This document shows, in pieces, positions 24,367-33,259 of a DNA stretch of 48,572 nucleotides (positions are counted from its first letter, which is position 1; each line of letters starts with the position of its first letter). The DNA is from an uncultured Planctomycetia bacterium. Lineage in GTDB: Bacteria > Omnitrophota > Gorgyraeia > Gorgyraeales > Gorgyraeaceae. Made by a program: the position numbers and the translations under genes. The notes under the pieces were generated by a model. It was not told where the DNA came from. It ran no database searches and saw nothing but the letters and a program-made list of their open reading frames with translations. The DNA lies in assembly GCA_964415355.1 (NCBI GenBank), contig CAYPYS010000001.1:95161-143732 (forward strand). The letters run 5' to 3'.

Positions 24367-24840
24367 TTATTTGCGGCCCATGGCAATGCGGCCGGTCCTG
24401 ACGACCTCTGAAATCCCAAAAGGCTTCATGATCTCTATAAACGATTTTATCTTGTTCTGATCGCCCGTAACCTCTATGACTGCTGTCTCTTTCTTGACGT
24501 CGTCGATCTTTCCCTGGAACGTATCTGCTATCTGCAATATCTCTGAGCGGTTCTTGCTGTCGAGCTTGACCTTGACCATAACGAGTTCACGGTCAATAAA
24601 GTCCTCGCCCGTGAGATCGATCACCTTTATAACGTCGATAAGCCTGTTTAGTTGCTTCTTGACCTGCTCCAATGTCTTTTCATCGCCGTCAGCTACGATT
24701 GTCATTCTCGAGATACTAGGATCTTCGGTCTCGCCTACAGCAAGGGAATCGATGTTGAAACCTCTTGCGCTAAATAGACCTGATACGTGCGTTAGCACGC
24801 CAAAGTGATTCTCAACCAATACTGAAATTATTTTTTTCAT
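24367..24840 (-). CDS. ilvN: Acetolactate synthase small (regulatory) subunit
   Basis: ACT domain ISVLVENHFGVLTHVSGLFSARGFNIDSL. Confidence 0.9.
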   Translation of the reverse strand: MKKIISVLVENHFGVLTHVSGLFSARGFNIDSLAVGETEDPSISRMTIVADGDEKTLEQVKKQLNRLIDVIKVIDLTGEDFIDRELVMVKVKLDSKNRSEILQIADTFQGKIDDVKKETAVIEVTGDQNKIKSFIEIMKPFGISEVVRTGRIAMGRK

Positions 24841-24856
24841 TGCCTTTGCCTCTATC

Positions 24857-24893
24857 TAAGTTTACATTTTAACGTTGTTAAAGTGTAAACTTA
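24857..24893. repeat. Palindromic intergenic repeat R15 (chimeric arms), in tandem with R16
   Basis: TAAGTTTACATTTTAACGTTGTTAAAGTGTAAACTTA. B-type loop with an A-type right arm, giving a nearly perfect hairpin. Confidence 0.9.
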
Positions 24894-24899
24894 CGCGCC

Positions 24900-24936
24900 T
24901 AACTTTACATTTCAACAATGTTAAAATGTAAAGTTA
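24900..24936 (+). repeat. Palindromic intergenic repeat R16 (A)
   Basis: TAACTTTACATTTCAACAATGTTAAAATGTAAAGTTA. Contains the ilvB stop. 6 nt from R15. Confidence 0.95.
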
Positions 24937-26604
24937 GGCTAGGGCGCCGATCATTTTGTTGATAGCCTGGCCTGCCGGCACCATTGGAAACACATTTTCC
25001 TCTGGCTCGACTTGAAAATCTAAAATCACAGGCTTCTTTATGTCCAGCGCCTTTTTTATTGCTTTTTTCACTTCGCTTTTTTTCGTAACCCTTATCCCGC
25101 AGGCGCCGTACGCCTCTGCGAGTTTCACAAAATCAGGAGAATGCTCCAGCGTAGTGTGCGCATATCTCCTCTTATAAAAGAGCTCCTGCCACTGCCTGAC
25201 CATGCCGAGATAGCCATTGTTCAAAATCGCTATTTTTACCGGCAGCTTATTTGCAACAGCAGTCGTAAGCTCCTGGATATTCATCTGAATGCTTCCGTCA
25301 CCTGCAATGTCAAAGACAATTTTGTTCGGACAGCCGACTTGCGCGCCGATCGCTGCAGGAAAACCATAGCCCATTGTGCCGAGCCCGCCGCTCGAAATGA
25401 ACTGGCGCGGCTTTGTATAATTATAAAACTGCGCGGCCCACATCTGATTCTGTCCGACCTCGGTCGTAATGATGGCTTTGCCTTTTGTAAGCTCGCAGAT
25501 CTGCTCGACGACATACTGCGGTCGCAGCTTGGAATCGTTTTTGTAAGCAAGTGGGAACTTTTTCTTCCACTCCTCTATCTGCTTATGCCATTTGGCGATA
25601 TCAGGTTTTTTTATTTCTTTAACAAGGTCTTGCAAAATGCAATTGGCATCGCCCACTATCGGCACGTCGACTTTAACATTCTTACTTATCGCGCATGGGT
25701 CAATGTCAATATGTATGACCTTTGCATGCGGAGCAAACTCGTCGATCTTGCCTGTAACTCTATCGTCGAAGCGCGCGCCCACTGCTATTATAAGGTCTGA
25801 CTCCTGTATAGCGTGATTCGCGTACGCAGTTCCGTGCATGCCAAGCATACCGAGTGAAAGTTTATGCGTGGTCGGAAATGCACCCAGACCCATGAGCGTC
25901 ATAGTAACCGGAATCTCTGTCTTTTTGACAAATTCAGCGAGCTTCGCACTGGCACCTGAAATAATCACGCCACCGCCAACATAGAGCACAGGCCGTTTGC
26001 TGTGCGCAATGAGCCGCGCTGCCCTTTTTATCTGGCCGATATGGCCTTTGCATGTCGGCTTATAGCCTCTGATGTCTGCTTTTTCAGGATAATCAAAATT
26101 CGCTTCCTGTATTTGCATGTCTACTGGCAAGTCAACCGAAACCACGCCAGGCCTGCCTGTAGAGGCTATGTGAAACGCATTCTTTATGACAGTCGCTATA
26201 TTGTTAACATCTTTTACGAGATAGTTATGCTTTGAAATCGGCCGTGTTATGCCGCTGACATCAACTTCCTGAAAAGCGTCGTTCCCTATAAGCGAGGTCT
26301 TGACCTGGCCTGTAATAGCAACGACTGGCACAGAATCCATATTGGCTGTCGCGAGCCCTGTAACAAGGTTCGTCGCTCCAGGACCAGACGTAGCTAGGCA
26401 GACGCCGACCTTGCCGGTTGCGCGAGCGTAGCCGTCTGCTGCGTGGGCCGCACCCTGCTCGTGTCTCGTCAATATGAAATTTATGTCGCTGTCGTAAAGA
26501 ACGTCGAAAATCGGAAGCACCACGCCTCCAGGGTAACCAAAGATTACCTCAACGCCCTCTTTCTTAAGCGACTCTATTAATATCTTTGCGCCTGTCAATC
26601 TCAT
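24934..26604 (-). CDS. ilvB: Acetolactate synthase large subunit
   Basis: ThDP enzyme motifs GYPGG, GPGATN and GDGS..MN.QEL. Stop codon lies in R16. Confidence 0.9.
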   Translation of the reverse strand: MRLTGAKILIESLKKEGVEVIFGYPGGVVLPIFDVLYDSDINFILTRHEQGAAHAADGYARATGKVGVCLATSGPGATNLVTGLATANMDSVPVVAITGQVKTSLIGNDAFQEVDVSGITRPISKHNYLVKDVNNIATVIKNAFHIASTGRPGVVSVDLPVDMQIQEANFDYPEKADIRGYKPTCKGHIGQIKRAARLIAHSKRPVLYVGGGVIISGASAKLAEFVKKTEIPVTMTLMGLGAFPTTHKLSLGMLGMHGTAYANHAIQESDLIIAVGARFDDRVTGKIDEFAPHAKVIHIDIDPCAISKNVKVDVPIVGDANCILQDLVKEIKKPDIAKWHKQIEEWKKKFPLAYKNDSKLRPQYVVEQICELTKGKAIITTEVGQNQMWAAQFYNYTKPRQFISSGGLGTMGYGFPAAIGAQVGCPNKIVFDIAGDGSIQMNIQELTTAVANKLPVKIAILNNGYLGMVRQWQELFYKRRYAHTTLEHSPDFVKLAEAYGACGIRVTKKSEVKKAIKKALDIKKPVILDFQVEPEENVFPMVPAGQAINKMIGALA

Positions 26605-26628
26605 AACCTTACCTCATATGTATGTACC

Positions 26629-26665
26629 TAACTTTACATTTCAACAACGTTAAAGTGTAAAGTTA
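26629..26665 (+). repeat. Palindromic intergenic repeat R17 (A)
   Basis: Identical to R4. The ilvD stop is 16 nt away. Confidence 0.95.
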
Positions 26666-26681
26666 GCGCCGCGAAAAATCC

Positions 26682-28334
26682 CTAATCCAACACTGCGCCT
26701 TTGCTCGCAGAGCTGACAAAACGGCTATACCTGGAAAGCCAGCCCTTTATCACCTTTGGCTTAGGCTGTCGCCACTTCTTAAGACGCTTCTTGATCTCAC
26801 TGGCTGAAACCTGCAGATTCATGCGTCGCTTCTTTATATCTATTTTGATCTTATCGTTGTTTTTAATAATAGCAATCGACCCGCCTTTTGCTGCTTCAGG
26901 CGCGACATGACCAATGCAGGGTCCGCGCGTGCCGCCTGAAAATCTGCCGTCGGTAATGAGCGCAACGTCATTGGACAGACCCATGCCCACGATAGCTGAT
27001 GTCGGTGAAAGCATCTCCCGCATACCAGGCCCGCCACTCGGGCCCTCGTATCGAATAACAACCACATCACCCTTTTTGACCTTGCCTTTTAATATAGCAG
27101 ACATTGACTCTTCTTCAGAATTAAAGACCTTTGCCTTGCCCGTAAACACCATTGTGTCTTCTTCGATCGCGCCCTGTTTCACAACCGCACCTTCAGGCGC
27201 AATATTCCCCTTTAAAATAGCAATGCCGCCTTCCTCTTTATATGGCTCGTCAAGATCACGTATCACTTCCTCGTCGTAGACCTTGCTCGACCGCGCGATC
27301 TGTTTTATCGACGGGCCGCTGACTGTCGGATTGTCGATTAGCCTCGCTTCCAGTCTCTTCAAAACCGCTGGTATTCCTCCCGCGACCTCAAGGTCCTCGA
27401 GAAAATATTCGCCGCTCGGCCTCAAGTCGCAGATCTTCGGCGTCTTGCGGCTGATCTGATCGAATGTAGCGAGCGGAAGCGCAACGCCTGCTTCTTTTGC
27501 AATCGCAATCAGGTGCAACACTGTATTTGTCGAGCCACCCAATGCCATGTCGACCATGATCGCGTTCAAAAACGCTTTTTTATTTAAAATACTGCGCGGC
27601 TTAATGTTCTTTTTGACTAATTCTACTGCGCGCTTGCCACTCTCATGAGCAATCCTCGCCTTTTTACTAGAGACTGCGAGTGATGTTGCGCAGCCAGCGA
27701 GCGACATGCCCATTGTCTCAGTCAAACAACTCATTGTATTTGCAGTGAAAAGTCCCTGGCACGAACCCGGGCCAGGACACGCATTGATCTCAAGCTGTTC
27801 CAAGTCATACTTGGAGATGTCGCCCTTCTTATATTGCCCCACTGCTTCAAACGTATCGCGAACGAGATCGAGTCGCCTGCCTTTGTAATGTCCGGTGAGC
27901 ATCGGCCCTGCCGTGACAACGATCGTCGGAATGTTAATCCTCGCGCACGCCATGAGCATGCCCGGCGTGATCTTGTCGCAGTTCGTCAAGAGCACAAGCC
28001 CATCCAGCGCATACGCGCCAGCCATTGTCTCGACCATGTCAGCGATGAGCTCCCTCGACGCCAGAGAATACTTCATGCCAAAGTGGCCCATTGCAATGCC
28101 GTCGCAGATACCTGGAATGCCGAAGACAAACGGTCGGCCACCACCTGCATAGACGCCATTCTCGACAGCGCGCTCCAGCGACCTCATATGTATATGGCCC
28201 GGCACAAGATCGGTAAAACTCGACGCAATACCAATAAAAGGCCTGCCCAAATCCTTTGGACACACCCCTGTCGCATACAAAAGCGCCCTGTTCCCGGCCT
28301 TTGAAACACCTTTTTTAATAATATCACTTTTCAT
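26682..28334 (-). CDS. ilvD: Dihydroxy-acid dehydratase
   Basis: [23 protein letters not shown] and full-length IlvD-like sequence. Confidence 0.95.
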   Translation of the reverse strand: MKSDIIKKGVSKAGNRALLYATGVCPKDLGRPFIGIASSFTDLVPGHIHMRSLERAVENGVYAGGGRPFVFGIPGICDGIAMGHFGMKYSLASRELIADMVETMAGAYALDGLVLLTNCDKITPGMLMACARINIPTIVVTAGPMLTGHYKGRRLDLVRDTFEAVGQYKKGDISKYDLEQLEINACPGPGSCQGLFTANTMSCLTETMGMSLAGCATSLAVSSKKARIAHESGKRAVELVKKNIKPRSILNKKAFLNAIMVDMALGGSTNTVLHLIAIAKEAGVALPLATFDQISRKTPKICDLRPSGEYFLEDLEVAGGIPAVLKRLEARLIDNPTVSGPSIKQIARSSKVYDEEVIRDLDEPYKEEGGIAILKGNIAPEGAVVKQGAIEEDTMVFTGKAKVFNSEEESMSAILKGKVKKGDVVVIRYEGPSGGPGMREMLSPTSAIVGMGLSNDVALITDGRFSGGTRGPCIGHVAPEAAKGGSIAIIKNNDKIKIDIKKRRMNLQVSASEIKKRLKKWRQPKPKVIKGWLSRYSRFVSSASKGAVLD

Positions 28335-28380
28335 AATCGGCTCCTAGGCTCTTATAAATATATAGATCCCTAATCTCGTT

Positions 28381-28409
28381 ATTATCGCATTTTCCGCAAA
28401 AAATTGCAA
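28381..28409 (-). promoter_or_regulatory. sigma70-type promoter (extended -10) of the ilvD-ilvB-ilvN-ilvC-leuA string
   Basis: TTGCAA-N17 (ending TGc)-GATAAT. An approximately 40-nt leader with AGGAG precedes the ilvD ATG. Confidence 0.65.
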
Positions 28410-28437
28410 CAGAATAACTTCACCCACAAACACCCCT

Positions 28438-28474
28438 TAAGTATACATTTCAACAATGTTAAAGTGTAAACTTA
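28438..28474 (+). repeat. Palindromic intergenic repeat R18 (A, variant)
   Basis: TAAGTATACATTTCAACAATGTTAAAGTGTAAACTTA. Exact reverse complement of R5. The greA stop is 4 nt away. Confidence 0.95.
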
Positions 28475-28478
28475 GGCG

Positions 28479-28952
28479 CTAATCCCGCGATATCTTTATG
28501 ACTTTATACCTCAATGTGCCTGCCGGCACCCTTATATTTATGGCATCACCTTTCTTGCGGCCCAAAAGCGCCTTACCCACAGGCGATGAAATCGAAATCC
28601 TGCCCTGGCTAAAATCTGCCTCGTCCTCAGTTACTAATTTATAATCTATTTTCTCCTTAGAATCCATGTCTTCCAGCTTAAGATTGGCTCCTATATAAGC
28701 CTTGTCAGTAGAGATCGTTGTGTTCTCGATGATCTTTGCGCGGCCAAGCTTATTTACGAGCTCGGCGATTCTCTTCTCGTTTATTGCCTGTGACTGTTTT
28801 GCGGAATCGTATTCTGCGTTCTCGCTCAAGTCCCCCAAAAGCCTTGCCTTCTCGAGCGCATCCGCTATCTCCCTGCGCTTCTCTCCCTTAAGAAATTCCA
28901 ACTCCTTCTTTAGCTTCTCAAAACCTTTTTTAGTCAAAAAAACACCATCCAT
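28479..28952 (-). CDS. greA: Transcription elongation factor GreA
   Basis: GDLSENAEYDSAK coiled-coil motif and C-terminal FKBP-like domain. Confidence 0.9.
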   Translation of the reverse strand: MDGVFLTKKGFEKLKKELEFLKGEKRREIADALEKARLLGDLSENAEYDSAKQSQAINEKRIAELVNKLGRAKIIENTTISTDKAYIGANLKLEDMDSKEKIDYKLVTEDEADFSQGRISISSPVGKALLGRKKGDAINIRVPAGTLRYKVIKISRD

Positions 28953-28963
28953 AGTCGTCTCCT

Positions 28964-30079
28964 CTATTTATACACTCGCGGCACGCGTCGCCCGATATTA
29001 CAAACCACTTCATATGGGATCGTGCCCATGATATCGGCAAGATCTTCCGCTTTTATAGCCTCTTTTCCCTGCTTACCTATTAAAACTACTTCGTCTCCTG
29101 ATTTCACGCCCTGCAAATGCCCCACATCGACCATGCACATGTCCATGCATACCCTTCCCGCTATCGGCGCCAGGCGACCTCTTATTAAGACGTACGCTTT
29201 ATTCGACAAATGTCTGGAATAACCGTCTCCGTAGCCCACAGGTATAGTGGCAATCCGCGTTTCCTTTTCTGCAATATAGGTCCTTCCATAACTTATGGTT
29301 CTGCCCTTCGGTACCGATTTCACATGCGTAATTTTTGTCTTTAATGCCATCACCGGCTTTAAACCCAATCTTTTTACAAGGTCTTTTCTCGGATGCAAGC
29401 CATAAATTATAAGTCCCGGCCTCACTATATTCATATGCGAATCCTTGAAATCCACCAGTGCCATGCTGTTCGAAGCGTGTTTAAAAGGGATATTAATATT
29501 GTGAGACGATAACGCCTTCACAAGGAAATTAAAATCTTTTATTTGTCGCCGGGTAAATTTTTTATCATCTTCAGCGCTTGGAAAATGCGTAAAAATTCCG
29601 TCGATAACAATACTTTTGAGCGCTGCTATTTTTTTTACAAACTCGATCGCCTCTTCGTGCCAAAAACCAATCCTGCCCATGCCTGTATCGATCTTCACGT
29701 GCACCTTTATATTTTTCTTTTTGGCCTGGCCGAGCTTTGAAAGCAGCTTCGCTATTTTCAGATCAGACACGGTCTGAATTACGTTGAGTTTCAAGACGCC
29801 TTCTACTTCTTCGGGCAAGATCACTCCTAGTATAATGATTTTATTTTTAATTCCAGCTTCGCGCAGTTCCCGTGCTTCGTCAAGCGATGCAACGCCCAGA
29901 TATTCCACGCCTTCTTCGACCAGGACCCTCGAAACCTCTTTCATGCCATGGCCATACGCATCGGCCTTGATTACGCCGAGTATTTTGACGTCAGAGGCAA
30001 TCATCCGCCTTACCTTGCGCAGATTATGTCGTAGCGCATCTAAATCTATCTCTGCAAATGTCGGCCTGTAAAATCTCAT
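28964..30079 (-). CDS. alr: Alanine racemase
   Basis: PLP-lysine motif GVIKADAYGHG and a C-terminal beta domain. Confidence 0.9.
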   Translation of the reverse strand: MRFYRPTFAEIDLDALRHNLRKVRRMIASDVKILGVIKADAYGHGMKEVSRVLVEEGVEYLGVASLDEARELREAGIKNKIIILGVILPEEVEGVLKLNVIQTVSDLKIAKLLSKLGQAKKKNIKVHVKIDTGMGRIGFWHEEAIEFVKKIAALKSIVIDGIFTHFPSAEDDKKFTRRQIKDFNFLVKALSSHNINIPFKHASNSMALVDFKDSHMNIVRPGLIIYGLHPRKDLVKRLGLKPVMALKTKITHVKSVPKGRTISYGRTYIAEKETRIATIPVGYGDGYSRHLSNKAYVLIRGRLAPIAGRVCMDMCMVDVGHLQGVKSGDEVVLIGKQGKEAIKAEDLADIMGTIPYEVVCNIGRRVPRVYK

Positions 30080-30094
30080 CCCATCACCCGCTCC

Positions 30095-30131
30095 TAACTT
30101 TACATTTCAACAACGTTAAAATGTAAAGTTA
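30095..30131 (+). repeat. Palindromic intergenic repeat R19 (A)
   Basis: TAACTTTACATTTCAACAACGTTAAAATGTAAAGTTA. Contains the tsaB stop. Confidence 0.95.
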
Positions 30132-30815
30132 AGGTTTTGACTTTGTCTTCACCTGGCAATATCTCGAATATATATATAAAGGTTTAAGCTTGCCCAGGTC
30201 TTGCTTTCTGCGCATTTTTATATTTTTAAGGGCTAATTTTATAAGACAGCTTGCCTTTGGATACCAATATTTCTCGTCTAAAAAAATCGCTTTTCGACCC
30301 AACCGGCGTATCTCTTCTTTATAAAGAGTTACGCCATCGCCTAAAAATACCGCAGGGCCTTTTATCTTTTTCATAAGTGCCTCTACGGTTAACAAAAGGT
30401 AACCTGATGTCTTGGAAATTGTGCCATTTTTTCTCTTGTATATCGCAGAATACACCTGGTTTCTCTTTGCATCGATCACCGGCACTACAGTCGCCTTTTC
30501 GACATCGGCATTCATTGCCAGTGCGTCAATACTGGCCACGCCAATACACGGCTTCTTTGTGGCAATGCCAAATCCTTTCACAGAACTCACGCCGATGCGC
30601 AAGCCTGTAAACGAACCCGGTCCTAACCCTACGACGAACGCGCCAATATCATTGATCCGCGAATTGCATTTCTCTAAAAGCTCCTTGACCTTAGGCACCA
30701 GCAAGGCCGAATGCTGCCTGTCAAGCAGGTGAGATTCTTCCGCGATGATAAAATTATCCTCACCCAACGCCATGTTTAAAAATTTCGAACTTGTATCAAT
30801 CGCCAGGATCTTCAT
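30129..30815 (-). CDS. tsaB: tRNA t6A37 biosynthesis protein TsaB
   Basis: MKILAIDTSS...GLGPGSFTGLRIG. Stop codon lies in R19. Confidence 0.8.
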   Translation of the reverse strand: MKILAIDTSSKFLNMALGEDNFIIAEESHLLDRQHSALLVPKVKELLEKCNSRINDIGAFVVGLGPGSFTGLRIGVSSVKGFGIATKKPCIGVASIDALAMNADVEKATVVPVIDAKRNQVYSAIYKRKNGTISKTSGYLLLTVEALMKKIKGPAVFLGDGVTLYKEEIRRLGRKAIFLDEKYWYPKASCLIKLALKNIKMRRKQDLGKLKPLYIYSRYCQVKTKSKP

Positions 30816-30824
30816 ATCTCACGC

Positions 30825-30861
30825 TAACTTTACATTTCAACAACGTTAAAGTGTAAAGTTA
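30825..30861 (+). repeat. Palindromic intergenic repeat R20 (A)
   Basis: Identical to R4. Contains the tsaE stop. The tsaB ATG is 9 nt from the other end. Confidence 0.95.
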
Positions 30862-31266
30862 GGAAATAGTTATCTTTCTTTTACATTCGCCTTTAACCTT
30901 GATCTTTACAATTATGCAATTTTCGGGCAATATCTCTTTTATCTTCTCTGCCCATTCTATCACAGTAACACCGTCGCCATAAATATATTCTTTCACTCCG
31001 ATATTCTCTATGTCCTGCAGCCTGTCGAGTCTATATAAATCCAGATGATACATCGGCATCCTGCCGTTATATTCTTTTATCAGAACAAAAGTAGGGCTAT
31101 TTATATGGCGCGAGTCCTTCACTCCGAGCCCCCTGCCTATACCTTTGGTAAATGTAGTCTTGCCGCTTCCAAGGTCTCCGCAAAGAGCGATAACGTCTCC
31201 AGCCGAAAGTTTCTTAGCCAGCCTTGCCCCCAATTCTATCGTATCCTTAGCGCTTTTACTTATCAT
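30859..31266 (-). CDS. tsaE: tRNA t6A37 biosynthesis ATPase TsaE
   Basis: LCGDLGSGKTTFTKGI...SPTF...YHLDLYRL. Stop codon lies in R20. Confidence 0.85.
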   Translation of the reverse strand: MISKSAKDTIELGARLAKKLSAGDVIALCGDLGSGKTTFTKGIGRGLGVKDSRHINSPTFVLIKEYNGRMPMYHLDLYRLDRLQDIENIGVKEYIYGDGVTVIEWAEKIKEILPENCIIVKIKVKGECKRKITIS

Positions 31267-31275
31267 AATTCCGCC

Positions 31276-31312
31276 TAACTTTACACTTTAACGTTGTTGA
31301 AACGTAAAGTTA
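31276..31312 (-). repeat. Palindromic intergenic repeat R21 (B, variant)
   Basis: TAACTTTACACTTTAACGTTGTTGAAACGTAAAGTTA. Contains the thiL stop. Confidence 0.95.
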
Positions 31313-32212
31313 GAAATGCGAATAGCCAGAAGGTCTTACTTTTCGCTCTCTCCCATTCTTTTTTATTATACAAAATCCTTTGCGCTTGCCGCAAATTTTT
31401 CCTATCCTGGAAAGACGCGTTTTAAACGGCCATATCTTTTCTAATCTAAGAGCTGATTTTTGCGGCAATGTAAAGACTAATTCAAAATCCTCGCCTTCTT
31501 TTGCGGCCGTGTTAAAGCTTTTTGCATTTTTTGACAATGGCACGCTCTTCTCACAAATTACTGCGCCTGCTTTACTCGCCTCCAATATATGGCCAAGATC
31601 AGCTAACAACCCGTCAGAAACATCTATCATAGAACTGATTTTGAAATTTCTTACCAAAAAACGCGATTCCTTAAGGCGCGGGGTAAAATCCAAATGTTTG
31701 CCTTTTGAAGCACCGCCAATGCTACCCGTAATAAATATCACATCTCCTGTTTTGGCCCCGCTACGCAATACCAAACTATCTTTTTCAACGCTGCCCAAAA
31801 GCGCTATGTTCACAATTATCTTTTTTGAAGCAATAGTGTCCCCGCCTACTAAATCAACGCCATGCCTCTTAGCCACATCTCTCATACCTTTATATAATGT
31901 ATCAACGTACTTTACATCAAGGGTAGACGGCACACCCAGAGACACCAATGCAAACTCAGGCACCCCGCCCATAGCCGCGATATCGCTTATGTTAGAAGAA
32001 ATGCATTTTTTCCCGACTAGGCTCGCACCTGCTCGTCTATAAAAATGCACGTCCTCCAAAAGCATATCAGAAGTAAACAAAAGATGTTTATCTTTCGTAT
32101 ATCTCAGGACAGCTGCATCGTCTCCTATGCCCTTTGCCACTTTCTTGGAGAGCTTTACGCGCGCCGAGATTCTCTTTATTAAATTAAATTCTCCTAAATC
32201 TTTTAATATCAT
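31310..32212 (-). CDS. thiL: Thiamine-monophosphate kinase
   Basis: GEFNLIKRI, GDDAAVL and GGDT motifs of the AIR synthase-related fold. Stop codon lies in R21. Overlaps mtnA by 29 nt. Confidence 0.8.
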   Translation of the reverse strand: MILKDLGEFNLIKRISARVKLSKKVAKGIGDDAAVLRYTKDKHLLFTSDMLLEDVHFYRRAGASLVGKKCISSNISDIAAMGGVPEFALVSLGVPSTLDVKYVDTLYKGMRDVAKRHGVDLVGGDTIASKKIIVNIALLGSVEKDSLVLRSGAKTGDVIFITGSIGGASKGKHLDFTPRLKESRFLVRNFKISSMIDVSDGLLADLGHILEASKAGAVICEKSVPLSKNAKSFNTAAKEGEDFELVFTLPQKSALRLEKIWPFKTRLSRIGKICGKRKGFCIIKKNGRERKVRPSGYSHF

Positions 32213-33206
32213 ATACGCCTGATTCAGTTATTATGGCGGTTATAAGTCCATGGGGCGTGACGTCGAACGCCGGGTTAAATACCCTGGCATTTTTTGGAGC
32301 AGTCTGTTTTACTCCAACATATATCAACTCCTCGCGTTTTCTCTCTTCTATGGGGATATCTTTTCCCGTCTTTATATTTCTGTCTATAGTAGAACTCGGC
32401 GCCGCTATATAAAAAGGTATCTTGTGGTATCTCGCAAGCACTGCCAGGCCATAAGTCCCGATCTTGTTCGCAGCGTCTCCGTTCCTCGCTATCCTGTCAG
32501 CGCCCACAATGATCTTAGTCACGCGTTTCTCTCTTATCGTCGCAGCCGCCATGTCATCGCATATGAGCGTCGCGTCAATGCCGTTCTTCATTAGTTCCCA
32601 CATAGTAAGGCGTGAGCCCTGCATCAGCGGTCTTGTCTCATCCGCGTACACCTTAAATCTCTTTCCCTGCTTTTTTGCCTCATAAAAAACAGAAAGAGCT
32701 GTGCCATAGCCTGCAGTCGCGAGCATGCCTGCGTTGCAATGCGTAAGCACGGCATCTTTATTCTTTATCAGTTTTGCGCCGTTTCTTCCTATTGCGCGGC
32801 ACATCTCTCTATCTTCTTTTAGAATACAAAGCGCTTCATCTAAGACAACTTTTTTTGCTCTTATCACTGAAAACTGCCGACAACTGTTAAATTTATCCTG
32901 CATCCTTTTGAGCGCCCAAAAAAGATTGACTGCGGTCGGCCTCGTCTTTCTCAACTTATCCGACGCCACATTCAAATCTCTCCTAAGCCCACTCAATGTC
33001 TTTGCCTTTGAATTTATCGCAGCCAATGCATAGCCTAGCGCAACGCTGACTCCTATAAGCGGCGCCCCGCGCACCCTTAATTTCTCTATTGCCTCGCACA
33101 TCGCAGCAATGTCCTTGCATCTTACGAATTTAAGCGCCGACGGTAATTCTGTCTGGTCAATAAAAACTATGCTATTTTTTTCCCACCTTATCGGCTCCAG
33201 CAACAT
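32184..33206 (-). CDS. mtnA: S-methyl-5-thioribose-1-phosphate isomerase (eIF-2B-like family)
   Basis: FIDQTELP...VRGAPLIG...THCNAG and GADRIARNGD.ANKIGTY motifs. Confidence 0.8.
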   Translation of the reverse strand: MLLEPIRWEKNSIVFIDQTELPSALKFVRCKDIAAMCEAIEKLRVRGAPLIGVSVALGYALAAINSKAKTLSGLRRDLNVASDKLRKTRPTAVNLFWALKRMQDKFNSCRQFSVIRAKKVVLDEALCILKEDREMCRAIGRNGAKLIKNKDAVLTHCNAGMLATAGYGTALSVFYEAKKQGKRFKVYADETRPLMQGSRLTMWELMKNGIDATLICDDMAAATIREKRVTKIIVGADRIARNGDAANKIGTYGLAVLARYHKIPFYIAAPSSTIDRNIKTGKDIPIEERKREELIYVGVKQTAPKNARVFNPAFDVTPHGLITAIITESGVYDIKRFRRI

Positions 33207-33222
33207 AGCCTCTCCCTTAAGT

Positions 33223-33259
33223 TAACTTTACATTTCAACAACGTTAAAGTGTAAAGTTA
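33223..33259 (+). repeat. Palindromic intergenic repeat R22 (A)
   Basis: Identical to R4. Contains the stop of the DUF362 gene. Confidence 0.95.

Noticed and set aside
31380-32042. Long antisense ORFs (for example 2573-3052, 4128-4562, 15459-15929, 25141-25800, 31380-32042, 37683-38138)
   Set aside because: All lie opposite genes with strong family signatures. Their translations are low-complexity Ser/Pro/Leu-rich strings typical of shadow frames.
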